Source of the DNA: Callorhinchus milii
Taxonomy: Eukaryota
DNA: 64,000 bases
NCBI RefSeq assembly: GCF_018977255.1
Contig: NW_024704746.1
Coordinates: 29,264,001-29,328,000 of the forward strand
Direction of reading: 5' to 3'
The notes beneath the pieces are model-generated. The model was not told the DNA's origin, made no database searches, and was given only the letters and a program-made list of their open reading frames with translations. Both the position numbers and the translations under genes were made by a program. Below are positions 26,901-40,029 of this stretch, piece after piece. Within the stretch, counting starts at the first letter, position 1, and every line of letters begins with the position of its first letter.

Positions 26901-28866
26901 AAAATACAAAATTTGGAAGGCAAAAAGCTTTCAGGATTGCAATTTTGTTTTGCAATTTTTTTCAGGAATTTGGCAGCAGAATTTCGTATCCAACACAAAG
27001 CGCAGATTATTTCAGTACTTGGAGTACTTCAGTACTTTTTTCAGTACTGTGACTGCAATCATTTCGATCCTCCAACGTATTTATAGGACTATTTGCTCTT
27101 TTAGAGAAATGTTTGGGAAACCTTCACTGCTGATTTACACCCATGTTGAAGCCTGGGAAGTATTATCTTCAAGTCAGTAGCAGATTTAATGGGATTCTCT
27201 GCAGTTTCTTTCCCTAACTACAAAACAAAGCAGTCAGTCTCCGCAGCTCAATTATCATGCATCCTGGGCCAAAATTCCCTAGTAAGAACTGAAGAAAATG
27301 TGTTGAATTTAAAAACAAACAATTGAAGTTTTTATATAATGATAGGAACTTCTAATGAACTCATTTTTCAACAACTCAGAACAAATCTGGACTTCAATAA
27401 GACCGTATTTTTGTGTCCCCGCCAATGAATATGACAGATTCTTGAACTGGAAAACGCAAAGTATTAAAGTCTTAAAAGACTATTTGGCATTTGAGTCAAA
27501 GTCCCAAACTCTTGCGCTGTCTCGCTGCCAGAAATTCTGGTCGGTGTATTTAAAAAACAACATGAGACTTAATAGTACCTTTTCGAGCTGTCACTCACTG
27601 TACTGCTTATATAGCTTTACTGATCAGTAGGTTCATTACTGACCGAGGAAATTAAAAGCAATATATGTTGGTACTGACTTCACAAGAAAAGTAATAGTTT
27701 CTAAATGCCAAGCAAACGATAAACCCACAAGATGAGGTATTATGAACACGAGGGAACTGGTTCCTCTGAATAATTACTCTACCTCTATTAAATCAGCTAT
27801 TAAATTATGTTATCTTGCTGTGTAGTTTTTCGACACACATTAGATGATATATAAATACATATATATAAATATATATTTCAATTCACATTGGGATGGGGGT
27901 AAAATCATCTTTTGTTTCCCTGAAGGTATCCAACTCATAATACTGTTATCTCTTAAATATTCTTAAATACAAAGTGTAAATAGTGTTGCGAAGTGTTATA
28001 GATTTGCACCACTCTTGTATATTTATGTCCCAAATTAGAAACCTTACTCTTTACCAGGCCCTTAATATTTTACTTTGTATCAAATTTCATTTAATCTTTG
28101 CTGTTCAACATAACCGCAAGAGAAGTATAAACGCTTTGCTTTAGATTTATGTAAGGCAAGATAATAAAAGTATTATCGTAATTGAATGAAGATGCACTCG
28201 TTAGACGTTGAGCATGTGATTGGGTATAGAGGTTTCAGAAAAGGTTCGGTTCTTTTCCTCAAAACAGAGATAAATTGGAGAAATTACAAAGAGAAAAACA
28301 TATATTAAATTTAAAAGAAACCAAATTCTAATTTTACCATATATATTTTGATAATAGAAATGTAAGCCTGTTTATTGAAGCGCTTTGAGATGTCTCAAAG
28401 ACACGATAAGGCGCTATATCAAATGCAAGGATTATTATTATTATTGTGTGAAGTTTGGAGCTTATAAAATGGCTGCACAAATGTCTTTGCTTAATGTTGA
28501 ATCACAGCCAATGTCGATCTAAAGAAATTATAAACAAGGGAAATACCTGTGTCATTGAGCTTTCCTGGTAGAAGAGAAGATGACGCCTGGTAGGAATACC
28601 CTAGCAGTTATTCCCCTTCTAAGGAATCTCCTGGGTAACACTACAAAATGTTTCCAGGCACTTGTCATGTGAATAAAACAAGATGTCCTAATAAGTCAAG
28701 AAAACAGCAAGTGAACAAGAACTGGTGACAAGTTTCCAAAAGCTAAAACTAAACAGAATGTGCACACATAACGATTTGCAGACCCATCATCCACGTTGTC
28801 TTTATTCGGCTTTGTTCAAATTGAATTTGAGATTTAAAATATTCTGTTTCTATTTGTCAAAATTTG

Positions 28867-29240
28867 TAATAACAATAATCCTTGCATTTGATATAGCTCC
28901 TTATCAAGTCTTCGAGACGTCTCGAAGCTCTTCGCAGAATATACTGTAAAGTGAACTGACGGGATATTTTGTGGGCGAAACGTGGCAGCCAATTGCGCAC
29001 AACAGTGTCCCACAAGCAGTTGTGGATTGAGTGACCAAATTATTATTTATTTTTGTTTTGAAGGGATTATTATGCCCGGAAAAGAGATCCGACTAATGAC
29101 CGGGATCCTATTTTACTGCTAAGTAAACAGAGATGTGTGGAGTAAGGAAACCTGTCCAACGCTTTGCCCTACCCGAGAATTGAATCCAGGTTATCTTCCT
29201 TGTGAGGCTAGTGCTCTAACCACTAAGCTACAGGACTCCA
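28867..29240 (-). mobile_element. Full-length SINE, subfamily B
   Basis: tRNA head through ATT tail, with the extra central segment. Confidence 0.93.
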
Positions 29241-29251
29241 AGTGAGAAAGT

Positions 29252-29321
29252 GAGAGCGATTGAGAGAGAGGGGGGGAGACTGGGAGAGGGGGAGACAGAG
29301 AGAGATTGGGAGAGAGATACT

Positions 29322-29353
<32 letters not shown>

Positions 29354-29420
29354 CTGGGACAGAGATACTGAGAGAGACACTGAGAGAAAGAGACAGAGAG
29401 ACAGAGAGAGACTGAGAGAG
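29252..29420 (+). repeat. (GA)-rich simple repeat
   Basis: Visible GAGA/GACA tract. Confidence 0.92.
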
Positions 29421-30920
29421 AAAATATATTAAAGGAGTCCTCCCATTGAATCCTCTCAAAAGGAGTTCTCCCACAGGAGTCCTTCCAACTGAGTATCAAT
29501 GTCTAAACAAAATGTCTGTCTGTGGGTCTGTCTATGTGTCAATCTACATTCAATATTGGATCCTTTGGTTGCAAGCAAAGCTGCAACGGGTACAGCTAGT
29601 TTCACATAATCTTGTAAGGAAGCCAACCTTGGTATTTATTATGTGTTGATCGCAAAATGGAAAATTGGACTTGTATTGATCTTGCTATTTGCCAATGAAG
29701 CTCATCGCTAAACATTCATACATTTATCTCCGATTTGCTTTGGCATCATTCAAATCTGAGTGCCTTGTGCTTTTTGCTCATCAAATTGATAGATTATAAA
29801 ACTAAACAGAGCTGTGGAAAAGTGCTTCTACACTGGAATAAGGGGAAATCGCAAGCCATATCACTCCTACTGCCTTTTGCACTACCCAACACCTGGTTAC
29901 AGAGCTGCCTTGGCAACAGTAGACATGGGAGCATTTAAATCTCTCTGTCCTCCTCGTTCACAGAACAGTGCACAACTTTTATTTTCTTGATCAGCCAGGT
30001 GTCTGACACATGCGGCATTCATCACCATGCTTAAGAGGGTCCAAACCAAGCTGAGAATTCTGCGCTACACATGGAAATCCCAGAGATAGGTTGTTGGAAT
30101 GGAATCTGCACTCTCTCCCTGGAGGAACACATCTGGCTTACCTAATTCAAAAACGTATTAGGCAGAGGTTGGCAAGAGCCAAGGTTTGGAGACCCCAGAG
30201 TACGTGTTGGGGTACAACTGGAGCCTAACCAGTTAAAACCATTTAGCTTGCCACTGCACGATTTAGAAGAGGTGTGTTGCGGAGAATTTACAGAGGAAAA
30301 AATAAATTTGGGGAAGAAAACGTATACTTGCGAATAACTCACTTGAGAGAACAGTAACTCTAAAACAGACAAAATCTACTTAAAATATAAATGATCCTTT
30401 TCTTCTAATTCATATATGGGAATATCTTAAACAATCATTTCAGTTTGTTTCCTCATTCTTTGGAGTGAATTTTGTGGTGGTTCATAACACATTATCAAAT
30501 TTAGAGAATTTCAGTCCTTTGTTATGCAGTGTTAAAACACTTAGACAAGCCTTCTGACAAGTATATTTTAGAAAATAACAGTGTTTTTCTGCATAGAGTA
30601 GTAATATTAGTTAATCTTGTCACGATTAACATTTCTCTCTGATTACTTGAATAAAAAGATTGTCCAGACAAATACGAATACAGAAGATTCACTGAGAGAA
30701 AGCCCCAGAGTATTCTAACGTGAATCAGGTCTGAAACCGAAGAGAAGGTTAATGCAGACATCCTCAAGGCATGAGGAACGTATGTTTGTTGTGGCACAAA
30801 CCCTGTAAATAACTACTTCAGATGTATTGTCATGGAAACCATGTATAAAAAAACTAAAGAGGAACCAATGGGTGCATTTTTCCAGAAGTAAAGATAATAG
30901 ATACTTTCAGCTCCGTCAGA

Positions 30921-31310
30921 TAATAACAATACTAATAATAATCCTTGCATTTGATATTGCGCCTTATCACGTCTTCGAGACGTCTCAAAGCGCTTCACAG
31001 AATATATTGTAAAGTGAATTGACTGTATATTTTGTGGGAGAAATGCGGCAGCCAATTGCACACAGCAGCGTCCCACAAACAGTCGTGGATTCAATGACCA
31101 CATTTATTTTCCACTTTTTTATTTGAAGCGGTTATTATCCCAGAAAAGCAATTCTCCAATCGACTAACAACGGGTTTTCTACTTACTGCTCGGTAAACAG
31201 AGGCGTGTGGAGTAAGGAAACTTGCCTAAGGTTTCACCCTACCTGGGAATCAAACCCAGATCCTCTTGCTTGCGAGGCGAGTGCTCTAACCAATATGCTA
31301 TAGGACTCCA
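30921..31310 (-). mobile_element. Full-length SINE, subfamily B
   Basis: Head with a CGC anticodon arm, extra central segment, TCGAA-loop tail. Confidence 0.93.
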
Positions 31311-31825
31311 GATGAAATGTTTTATTTAAATCCAACACAACATTTTTAATCCCAATTCTTGCACTGTGTTTCACATACAATAATATCTAATGATGCAGTT
31401 ATAGCTAGTGATGCAGTTAGGTTAGACTAATCAGAGATTTTTCAATGTCTGGCAAACTGCGATAAGGAAAACACAGAAAGTTGGCAGAGCAGAAACCATG
31501 ATCATTTATAGCGAGGCAAATTTGATTTAATTTACAAATAATTGTATAATTGCCTTAAGCTGCTTTATTTAATTCCATTTTAAGAGACAATCCTACTTAA
31601 GTCTGTTAACTACTTAGTAAAATTAAGTCCCAGTGGCACAGTTTCCCCAGGGTAGTTGATGGAAAATTTAGTTCAGTGATAAACTATGTTTCTCACAGTC
31701 CCTAAACACAGGGAATAGAAGACTGTGTACATTTGCCACTCAAAGTCCCCTAAGGAACGCTCAGTCTGTCACTAATTCAATGAATACCGATCAGGAGCAA
31801 TCACTGCAACGAAAGATTTCCCCAG

Positions 31826-32015
31826 CAGGGTGAAACCTTAGGCAAGTTTCCTTAGTGCACATGCCTCTGTTTACCCAGCAGTAAGTAGGAAACCGGTTGT
31901 TAGTCGACTGATGGATCGCTTTTCCCAGGGTAATAATCCCTTCAAAATAAATAAATAAAAATAATTTGGTCACTCAATCCACAACTGTTTGTGGGACACT
32001 GCTGTGTGCAATTGT
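31826..32015 (+). mobile_element. SINE internal fragment (subfamily B)
   Basis: AAACCTTAGGCAAGTTTCCTTA through GCTGTGTGCAATTG. Confidence 0.88.
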
Positions 32016-32514
32016 CTGGAAGACAGGGATTTTGAAAGTTATGGCATCTATATTCACTTACTACCTAATTATCCAGCTGAGTTATTTTATAATCAAAGCA
32101 TTTTAACTTGCCATTTTTGTGTGCTATAAATTCTTTGATTCTATGGGGTTTGCCAATACATCTGATTCAAAGTGAACTGGAATTATTCACATCCAATTAT
32201 TCACATCCAGCATCTCAGGAAGAATAAGCAAGAATAATGTTTCCTCTGCTTATGTTTTCTAGTGAACAGTAATGAACACACAGTGAAGATAAAAATCTGA
32301 GGTGTAGATTGATCATGTTTAACTGAAACAGCATGATAAAATAATTAATTGACTTCAAAAATACTTACCTTAGTTCAAAATGAACGCTATCAGCAACCAC
32401 AGTAAATGGGCCACAATATCTCAGAGAGTCAATGACTTCTCTAAGAATTCCACGGGATTGTCAAAATCACACTATACTTTCAGGTGGGCAGCAAAGAGAG
32501 AAAATAGATGACAA

Positions 32515-32755
32515 TAAACAACAACAAATTACATTTATATAGCACATTTCATGTCGGGAGAACATCCTAAGGTACTGGATAGTCAGGGAATCGGACCCGT
32601 GCTGGGGGTTGGGATCAGGAGGGGTGGAGGGCAGCGAGGGTAGGGGGTGGAGGGTGAATGAAGGCACGGTCAAAGCGGAGGGTCTTGAGACGGGTTTTGA
32701 AGGAGGCAAGAGAGGGAGAGAGGCAAAGGGACGGTGGGATGGAGTTCCAAAGAGA
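32515..32755 (-). mobile_element. L2 LINE 3' fragment
   Basis: LWNSIPPSLCLSPSLASFKTRLKT...FDRAF plus an (AAC)n tail. Confidence 0.88.
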
Positions 32756-32930
32756 TACAAAGAGAGACAAACAAAGATCTAATCCACAGTAATAAATTCC
32801 TGGAGCATTAATGTAAAGGTTCGAATTTGGTTTCAGTAAGCAATTGCCAATCACCTCCATCCACTCCATGAAATAGAAGACTCTGGCAAGTCTGACTATG
32901 CGGTTGTGTTATGGCAAGGGCAAGGAGAAA

Positions 32931-33292
32931 TAATAATCATCCTTGCATTTGATATAATAATAATAATAATAATAATAATCCTTGCATTTGATATAGCGCT
33001 TTTCACGTCGGGAGGACGTCCCAAAGCGCTTCACAGAATATACTGTAAAGTGAATAGATTGTATATTTGTGGGCGAACGCGGCAGCCAATTGCGCACAGC
33101 AATGTCCCATAAACAGTCGTAGATTGAAAATGACCAATTTATTATTGTTTGGGGTTTTTTGGAGGGATTATTATTAGGCTCTGTGTGGAGTAAGGAAACT
33201 TGCCCAAGGTTTCGCCCTAACCTGCCGGGGATTGAACTCAGGTCTCTCGCTTGCAAAGCGAGTGCTCTAACCACTGAGCTACAGGACTCCAC
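32931..33292 (-). mobile_element. Full-length young SINE (subfamily A) with duplicated tail
   Basis: Near-identical to 9501-9822; ATCCTTGCATTTGATAT occurs twice. Confidence 0.95.
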
Positions 33293-34200
33293 GAGTACGT
33301 TACCATGTTGAAATGTCTCATAGAGCTTTACTGTAAAAGATAGTGACTGTATTTCTGTAGATGAACGCAGCAGCAAATTTGTAATATCCCACAAACAGCT
33401 ATGAGGTGAACGATCAGCATTATCTAGAGGATTGTTGGCCAGAACACCAGAAGAAGCTGCCCTCTCTTATAATAGTGCAATGGGATTGAAAACAACAACA
33501 ACAACTTGCATTTATATAGAGCTCTTCGCACGGGGTAGTGTCCCAGAGTGGTTATGATAACATCTATCTGAATAGGAAGACTTGGTTTAATATCTCATCT
33601 AAAGGACAGCATCTCTAAAAATGCAGCGATGCCCGAGCATTGGAGTGTCAATTTAGACAGTGGGCTCAAAGTCCCAACATGGGGCTTAAACCCACGCAAC
33701 CTTCTTAAGTGGCTTTGCACCATTGTTTTTGTACCAGGTGTAGTGTTCCTGAATCTGCAGTTAGAATGCAGTTTGCTTTGGTTTGGCACAAACATTGCTT
33801 CAAATCTGTGGAAATTGTGCCATCCATCTAAGTGGGTCATTACTGCAGAAGTTTATGAAGTGGTCAGAGGCTATATTCAGCTCCAGATATGCTATGACTT
33901 GACAACGTATTATGCAGTCGGGGGATTCATACACATACTATGTCACTCAAAATGAAAAGGGATGGAAAGTACAGTTGAAAGCATCTAAATCATATGAGTG
34001 GGGCTTCCACGAAGAAGATCTGCTATTACTGGAAGATGGAACATGGTCCTCTAACTGTCAACAAGTATGTTTATTGACATCTGCAGTATGGAGAAAGGGA
34101 TCAGCCAGGAGCTTACATAACATAATTTATTGCATTGCAATTTATATAATTTGATGGGCATACATATTATTTTAACTATTTAACTTTCAATTCCAAAACA

Positions 34201-34479
34201 GTAATAATAATAATCCTTGCATTTGATACAGCGCCTTATCATATCTTTGAGATGTCTCAAAGCACTTCACAGAATATACTGTAAAGTGTAGTGGCTATGT
34301 GTTTTGTGGGCGATTGTGCACAGCAGTGTCTCACAAACAGTTGTGGGTTGAGTGACCAAATTATTATTATTATTTTGAAGGTATTTTACCCCGGGAAAGC
34401 GATTCGCCAATTGACTAACAAGAGGGTTCTAACTTAATGCTAGGTAAACAGAAGCACGTGGAGTAAGAAAACTTGATAA
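34201..34479 (-). mobile_element. 5'-truncated SINE (subfamily B)
   Basis: Tail through GTGGAGTAAG. Confidence 0.9.
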
Positions 34480-34499
34480 AGTATGTTATCAAGTTTTCT

Positions 34500-35258
34500 T
34501 TCTGTATCCATTATGTGTCTTATATATTTTTATAAAGTCCCTTCTGAGACGTTTCTTTGCAAGACTGAAGAGTCCTACCTTATCTAGTTCTTGTTCATGG
34601 GTGATCTGTTTAATACAGAGGATCAAGCTTTGATCTGCACATCCCTATGTTGCAGTGCCTAGAGATGAACCCAGTACTCCAACAACAACTTATATAGTGC
34701 CCTCCACCCAGGGTAGGGTCTCAGAGCGCTTACTCCAAGTGCAGACCGACTAGATCACTCATCACTCTGGCTTTAGCATGATTTGGGGATTTTAACTGAA
34801 CATATTTAGCAATGTAGCCCCTGCATCCTTGTCATTTTGTGTATTGCTGCTTTGCACTGTTTGAACATTGTGAGCAATGAGTCAACCAATACCCCGAGGT
34901 ATCTTTCAACTTCCCCCTTGGCAAGTTGTAACATATCCTGAGGACTATTTGTGGAGTCCTGTAGCTCAGTGGTTAGAGCACTCGCTTTGCAAGCGAGAGA
35001 CCTGAGTTCAATTCCAGGCAGAGGGCGAAACCTTGGGCAAGTTTCCTTACTCCACACAGAGCCTAATAATAATCCTTCCAAAACCAAAAACAATAATAAA
35101 TTGGTCATTTTCAATCTACGACTGTTTGTGGGACATTGCTGTGCGCAATTGGCTGCCGCGTTCGCCCACAAATATACAGTCAATTCACTTTACAGTGTGT
35201 TCTGTGAAGCGCTTTGGGACGTCCTCCCGACGTGAAAAGTGCTATATCAAATGCAAGG

Positions 35259-35293
<35 letters not shown>

Positions 35294-35378
35294 CCATGGA
35301 GCATATCTGTCTCATATTTTTATTTCCTATATGGAGTATCATGCATTGGTCTGTATGGAACTTCATTTACCAGTGATC
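34500..35378 (-). mobile_element. Decayed CR1 LINE RT fragment, split by a SINE and a 48-bp L2-type tail
   Basis: Translations MKFHTDQCMILHIGNKN, ERYLGVLVDSLLTMFKQC and LVGLHLEYWV match CR1 ORF2 motifs in the expected order. Confidence 0.85.
34951..35292 (+). mobile_element. Full-length young SINE (subfamily A)
   Basis: Intact tRNA head and (ATT)n tail. Confidence 0.96.
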
Positions 35379-36046
35379 AACAACAACAATAACACATTAC
35401 ATTTATAGAGCACCTTTCATATCGGGATGATGTCCCAATAGAGATTCAAGCCCTTTTTGTAAGGTTTTGAGTACTGATTCCTCTACCTAACGATCCATTC
35501 CTTTAGCAGGAGATAGCCTACAGCTCAATATCAATACAATAAATAAAATGCCTGCATTAAACTAAATTCGATTTCAAAACATTCCTTTGCTACAAATGTA
35601 TCTTGTGTCAAATTATGGCCATGTGCTTTATGTTCACGTCATTTAAAGGATCTATTTGGAAATCAAACGTTTGTTGTATAGAAGGCAATGCATGTTCTAT
35701 CCTTTTGATGTTTGTTAAGCTCTGCCAACATGTAATCTACCATATTTTTAATTAACTGCTATATTTTACTGTGTGTTTACATGTAAACTGCAAACTACTA
35801 CATCGCCTAATAAGACTGTTTTGATGAAACTGAGGGCAACAGAGTTCACAATTAAGGACATGAGAATTAGAGTAGAGTTTATAGTTGAATTAATTTAGAT
35901 GTTTGATAATGTGTATGTAATGAAAGAGGGTATGGACTTCAAGTGGCTTTTGTTAAAACCATTTAATTCCGAGGGACTGCAACTTAATGTGGTCGTCCTC
36001 CATTCAGCAAGTGCTATTGAGCCCCATCAAAGGCAAACGTAGCCAG

Positions 36047-36359
36047 ATAATAATAATAATCCTTGCATTTGATATAGCACTTTTCACGTCGGGAGGACGT
36101 CCCAAAGCGCTTCACAGAACACACTGTAAAGTGAATTGACTGTATATTTGTGGGCGAATGCGGCAGCCAATTGCGCACAGCAATGTCCCACAAACAGTCG
36201 TGGATTGAAATGACCAATTCATTATTGTTTTTGTTTTTGGAGGGATTATTATTAGGCTCTGTGTGGAGTAAGGAAACTTGCCCAAGGTTTTGCCCTCTGC
36301 CTGGAATTGAACTCAGGTCTCTCGCTTGCAAAGCGAGTGCTCTAACCACTGAGCTACAG
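36047..36359 (-). mobile_element. Near full-length young SINE (subfamily A)
   Basis: Lacks only about 8 nt of the head. Confidence 0.95.
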
Positions 36360-36458
36360 ATAGGTATACCACCATTTTGTTTCGTCCATAAAATACAAGT
36401 CAATTCACTTTACAGTATATTCTGTGAAGTGTTTTGAGACATCTCGAAGACGTGATAA

Positions 36459-37011
36459 CAACAACAACAAGATTTCATTTATAGAGCGCCTTTCACGTCG
36501 GGAGGACGTCCCGAGGCGCTGGACAGTTGGGTCAGGACCCGAGCATTGGGGGGAAATGGTCACTGGAAAAGGGAGGAGGCGACGAAGACACTGGGGAATG
36601 GAGTTCCAGAGCCTCGGGGCTGAGAGACTGAAGGCCCGACCACCGATGGTAGGGCGGTTGGGGCGGGCAGACCGGAGCCAGAGGAACGGAGGGTACGGGC
36701 AGGTAGGGGGATAGTAGGTCGGAGAGGTAGGAGGGAGCGAGGCGGTGAATGGCCTTGTAGGTGAAGATGAGGAGAGAGTTCCCATAGTCCAGCCTTGAGG
36801 TGACAAAGGCGTGGACCAGGGTTTCAGCAGCGTGAGGGGTGAGGTAATGCCGTAGTCTGGCAATGTTTCGGAGGTGAAGGAAGGCAGTGCCAGTTGTGGC
36901 GCGGATATGAGGGAGAAAGGACAGCTCAGGGTCGAGCAGAAAGGCAAGGTTCCTGACCGGCTTTGAGAAGTGGAGAGTGCAGCCTTGGATGCTGATGCTG
37001 TCAGCGCCTGA
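36459..37011 (-). mobile_element. Internally deleted L2 LINE inserted in a + strand SINE tail (about 36378-37042)
   Basis: Aligns to the 52-kb L2 with internal deletions; flanked by TGATAA at 36453 and 37009; the SINE tail resumes after it. Confidence 0.92.
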
Positions 37012-38554
37012 TAAGGTGTTATATCAAATGCAAGGATTATTTATCCTCCATCGTTATTCATCGGAATGCAATCTACGAATAGCCATTTCGACATTTATTG
37101 GCAAAAAGTAAAAAAGGTAGTTTATACTCGTGGAGTTATATTAGGACACACTCACTGATGCAATTTGGAAATTTAAGCCAATAAATGTTACTCTGGCAGC
37201 TTGCGTCATGGTTTAAAATGCTTCTGATCTACTCAGAGGAAGTACCCCAAGATTGAATAGAGTATAGTGTGCTTTAATTTTTCCTGACAGGATAATACTT
37301 AAGGTTTGTTAAATACACAGTCAAACATTCTCCAGAGCCAAGATAAACATGGCCCTGTTTGATATTGCTTGACGTTTGGAGTCTATCTAATTTGGGCTTT
37401 ATTTCAAAATATCTGGTGGCAGCTTGGCTTACAATGATTATTTTTGTCTTTGCTTTTTAAGGACTTTTCCAGAATTTAAGGGGAGCCTAAGTAAGTAAAG
37501 GTTATTCTATGATCCGAAGGTCACTTTTGATGTTATTATCCCCGCAATGACTATTTCAATCATGGTATTTATCAGCACTTCTCATAACTAGTGCTTCAAG
37601 CTTTTATTTGGAGAAATTGTTCAGAATATATATTTCATTTTAAACTGACATAGCCCTCGGGCATTAATATGTACAAGTTCAGAGCAGATGGAGAATTTTA
37701 TACATTATTTGTTTGTGGTCCTTTGAAATACAAAATGTTTTCATAACATTTGCTCATTCATTTGTAACATTGTATTGGGGATCTAGAAGTCTATATTTAA
37801 ACTTTGCATATACTGTTTATATAAGCGGTTACAACATTAGTCATACAGCTGTCCTTCAGAATTCATTCCTGATTTAAGTCACAGCTTTCTCTGAATACTG
37901 AGATGCGTTTCAGTGTACACATTTTCATACATTGTGTGCCTTATTCTTTCAACCAGTATCTTTCAGCCCCTTGGGACGTTCTCCCGACATGAAAGGCGCT
38001 ATACAAATGTAATCTTGTTGTTGTTGTTGTGTACTCATTGTATGATATTTTTGCTGCTTATTATTTCACATTTTTTGGTATATAACCTGGGAATAATTTA
38101 TTTTGAGATAAATCCAACACGAAACTGGATCTATTATGAAGTCAATGTTACAGCATTCATAAGAAGCCAGTGATTCATGTCATTCACGGTGAATTTAAAG
38201 ACTATTTCATCATTACAAGAAGCTGTCATTCCAAATCACTAACCCGCTATTTATATTCTTTCCTGCGTAACATCATTCAAAAAATCTCTTGCTTTGGAGT
38301 AAATATAGCCGAGATTCTATTTTGTGCTGATTGACAATTAAATATTGGTTCAGTTGAACATTTAGGAATCATGAGCCTGAAGGCAAAATTAATGAATTAC
38401 TGAGTGAAGGGAAATGCTTGAGGTGTGATCCACCCTGAAATAGCAGAACTCGTCATTGTGTTCTGGCTGTGAGCTGGATCTCCCTGTTCTGAATGCAGCG
38501 TAAACGTCAAGTTTCACACAACAGCATGGACAGCTATAACCTGCTCTATTCTAA

Positions 38555-38815
38555 CATAATAATAATCCTTGCCTTCGATGTAGCACCTTACCACGTCTTC
38601 AAGACGTCTCAAAGAGCTTCACAGAATATATCGCAAGGTGAATTGACTGCATATTTTGTGGGCGAAACGTGGCAGCCAATTGCCCACAGCAGCGTCCCAC
38701 AAGCAGTCGAGGTGGATTGAGTGACCAAATTCTTCTTCTTTTTATTTATTGACTTACTTATTTATTTGTTTATTTGTTTGTTTGTTTGTTTGAAAGGATT
38801 ATTACTCCCGGAAAA
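38555..38815 (-). mobile_element. 5'-truncated SINE (subfamily B)
   Basis: Tail and central domain with an expanded TTTA/TTTG tract. Confidence 0.88.
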
Positions 38816-39122
38816 GGATAAAGCAAGTTGCTCCACACCTCTAGCTGTCATCGTCGCACAACAGGAAGCAAGTTAGAAACCATTTTGGGATGATTGCGTA
38901 TTTTTCCGAAAGTTTACTTGCACACTTACATTAACTTTAAATGGGTTTTCCAATGAACAAATGTCTCTTTTACCAAATTTCACTTCAATCAGAAGTTTCA
39001 AGGAAAACGCAGCAGCTTGCACTTTATGGGGTGAAAAATGTGGAATGTAATGTGATAATTATCACTGATGAAAATTATCACATCACCCACCTCATTTTAA
39101 CCCCCAAAACATTTTCTTGATC

Positions 39123-39158
<36 letters not shown>

Positions 39159-40029
39159 GAGTAAGACCATAGAGTATAACTAAAGCACAATACGACTGGA
39201 ATACAATTCATTTCTGGTACCAGTGATAATCTCTGATATCTGCAGAATTTAATTTAGATTTTTGGTTACATAAGGATTTTATGCCTTATCCTCTCTGTCT
39301 GTACAATAGACTTGGAAACCCGAACCACTACCATCTCGTCATAGCCATATCCTGTTATCTGGAGTCAAAGAGCAAAGCAGATTATCTTTGTTATTAAATG
39401 TAAACCCTAAATTAGAGAAAAAACACTAAACCAGTATGACATAATAACCATCCATGTAAAGGATTTACACAAATCTCCTACCAGAGAGTGACAGAACCAC
39501 CGGGTCAATCAACTGAGGGCAAGATTTGCATTCTGGCCTGTAATTTGTATTAAGTAGCAGAAGCCACCAAAAATGTTATTGGTCTAAGGCTACGCTGTAT
39601 TATTGCATGCATTTGCACATTCTAATATGCTAGTTTACCCATTGCATTGACAGAAAATAGCAGGGCTCATTATGTGCTGAAGGGAACGCATTGCGTATCT
39701 GTTGATATTTGTTACTATATTTGCATGCAAATGCTTCAATGCAGAAAAATATAATGTGCTGCCCTCGACAGTCTCCTTCTACAACTTTGCAATTATAGCT
39801 TTTAAAAAAAAGTTGATTTAAGCTTATTAATTGCAAGTTAAGCTCCCCTTGGACAAATCTCTGGCAGCAACATGCTGACTTTCACTGTGTTCCAAGTGTG
39901 AGCTGGATCCCGCTGCTCTGTTCTGATTGCAGGCTAGAAGTCACGTTTCACGCTACAGCATAGGCAGCTGCAACCTGCTGTATTTCGCAAAGTAAAGCAA
40001 GTTGCCAGACAGCTCTCGCTGTCATTGTC

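Noticed and set aside
34951-35025. tRNA-Ala gene
   Set aside because: It is the SINE head, continuing into SINE body and tail in several copies.
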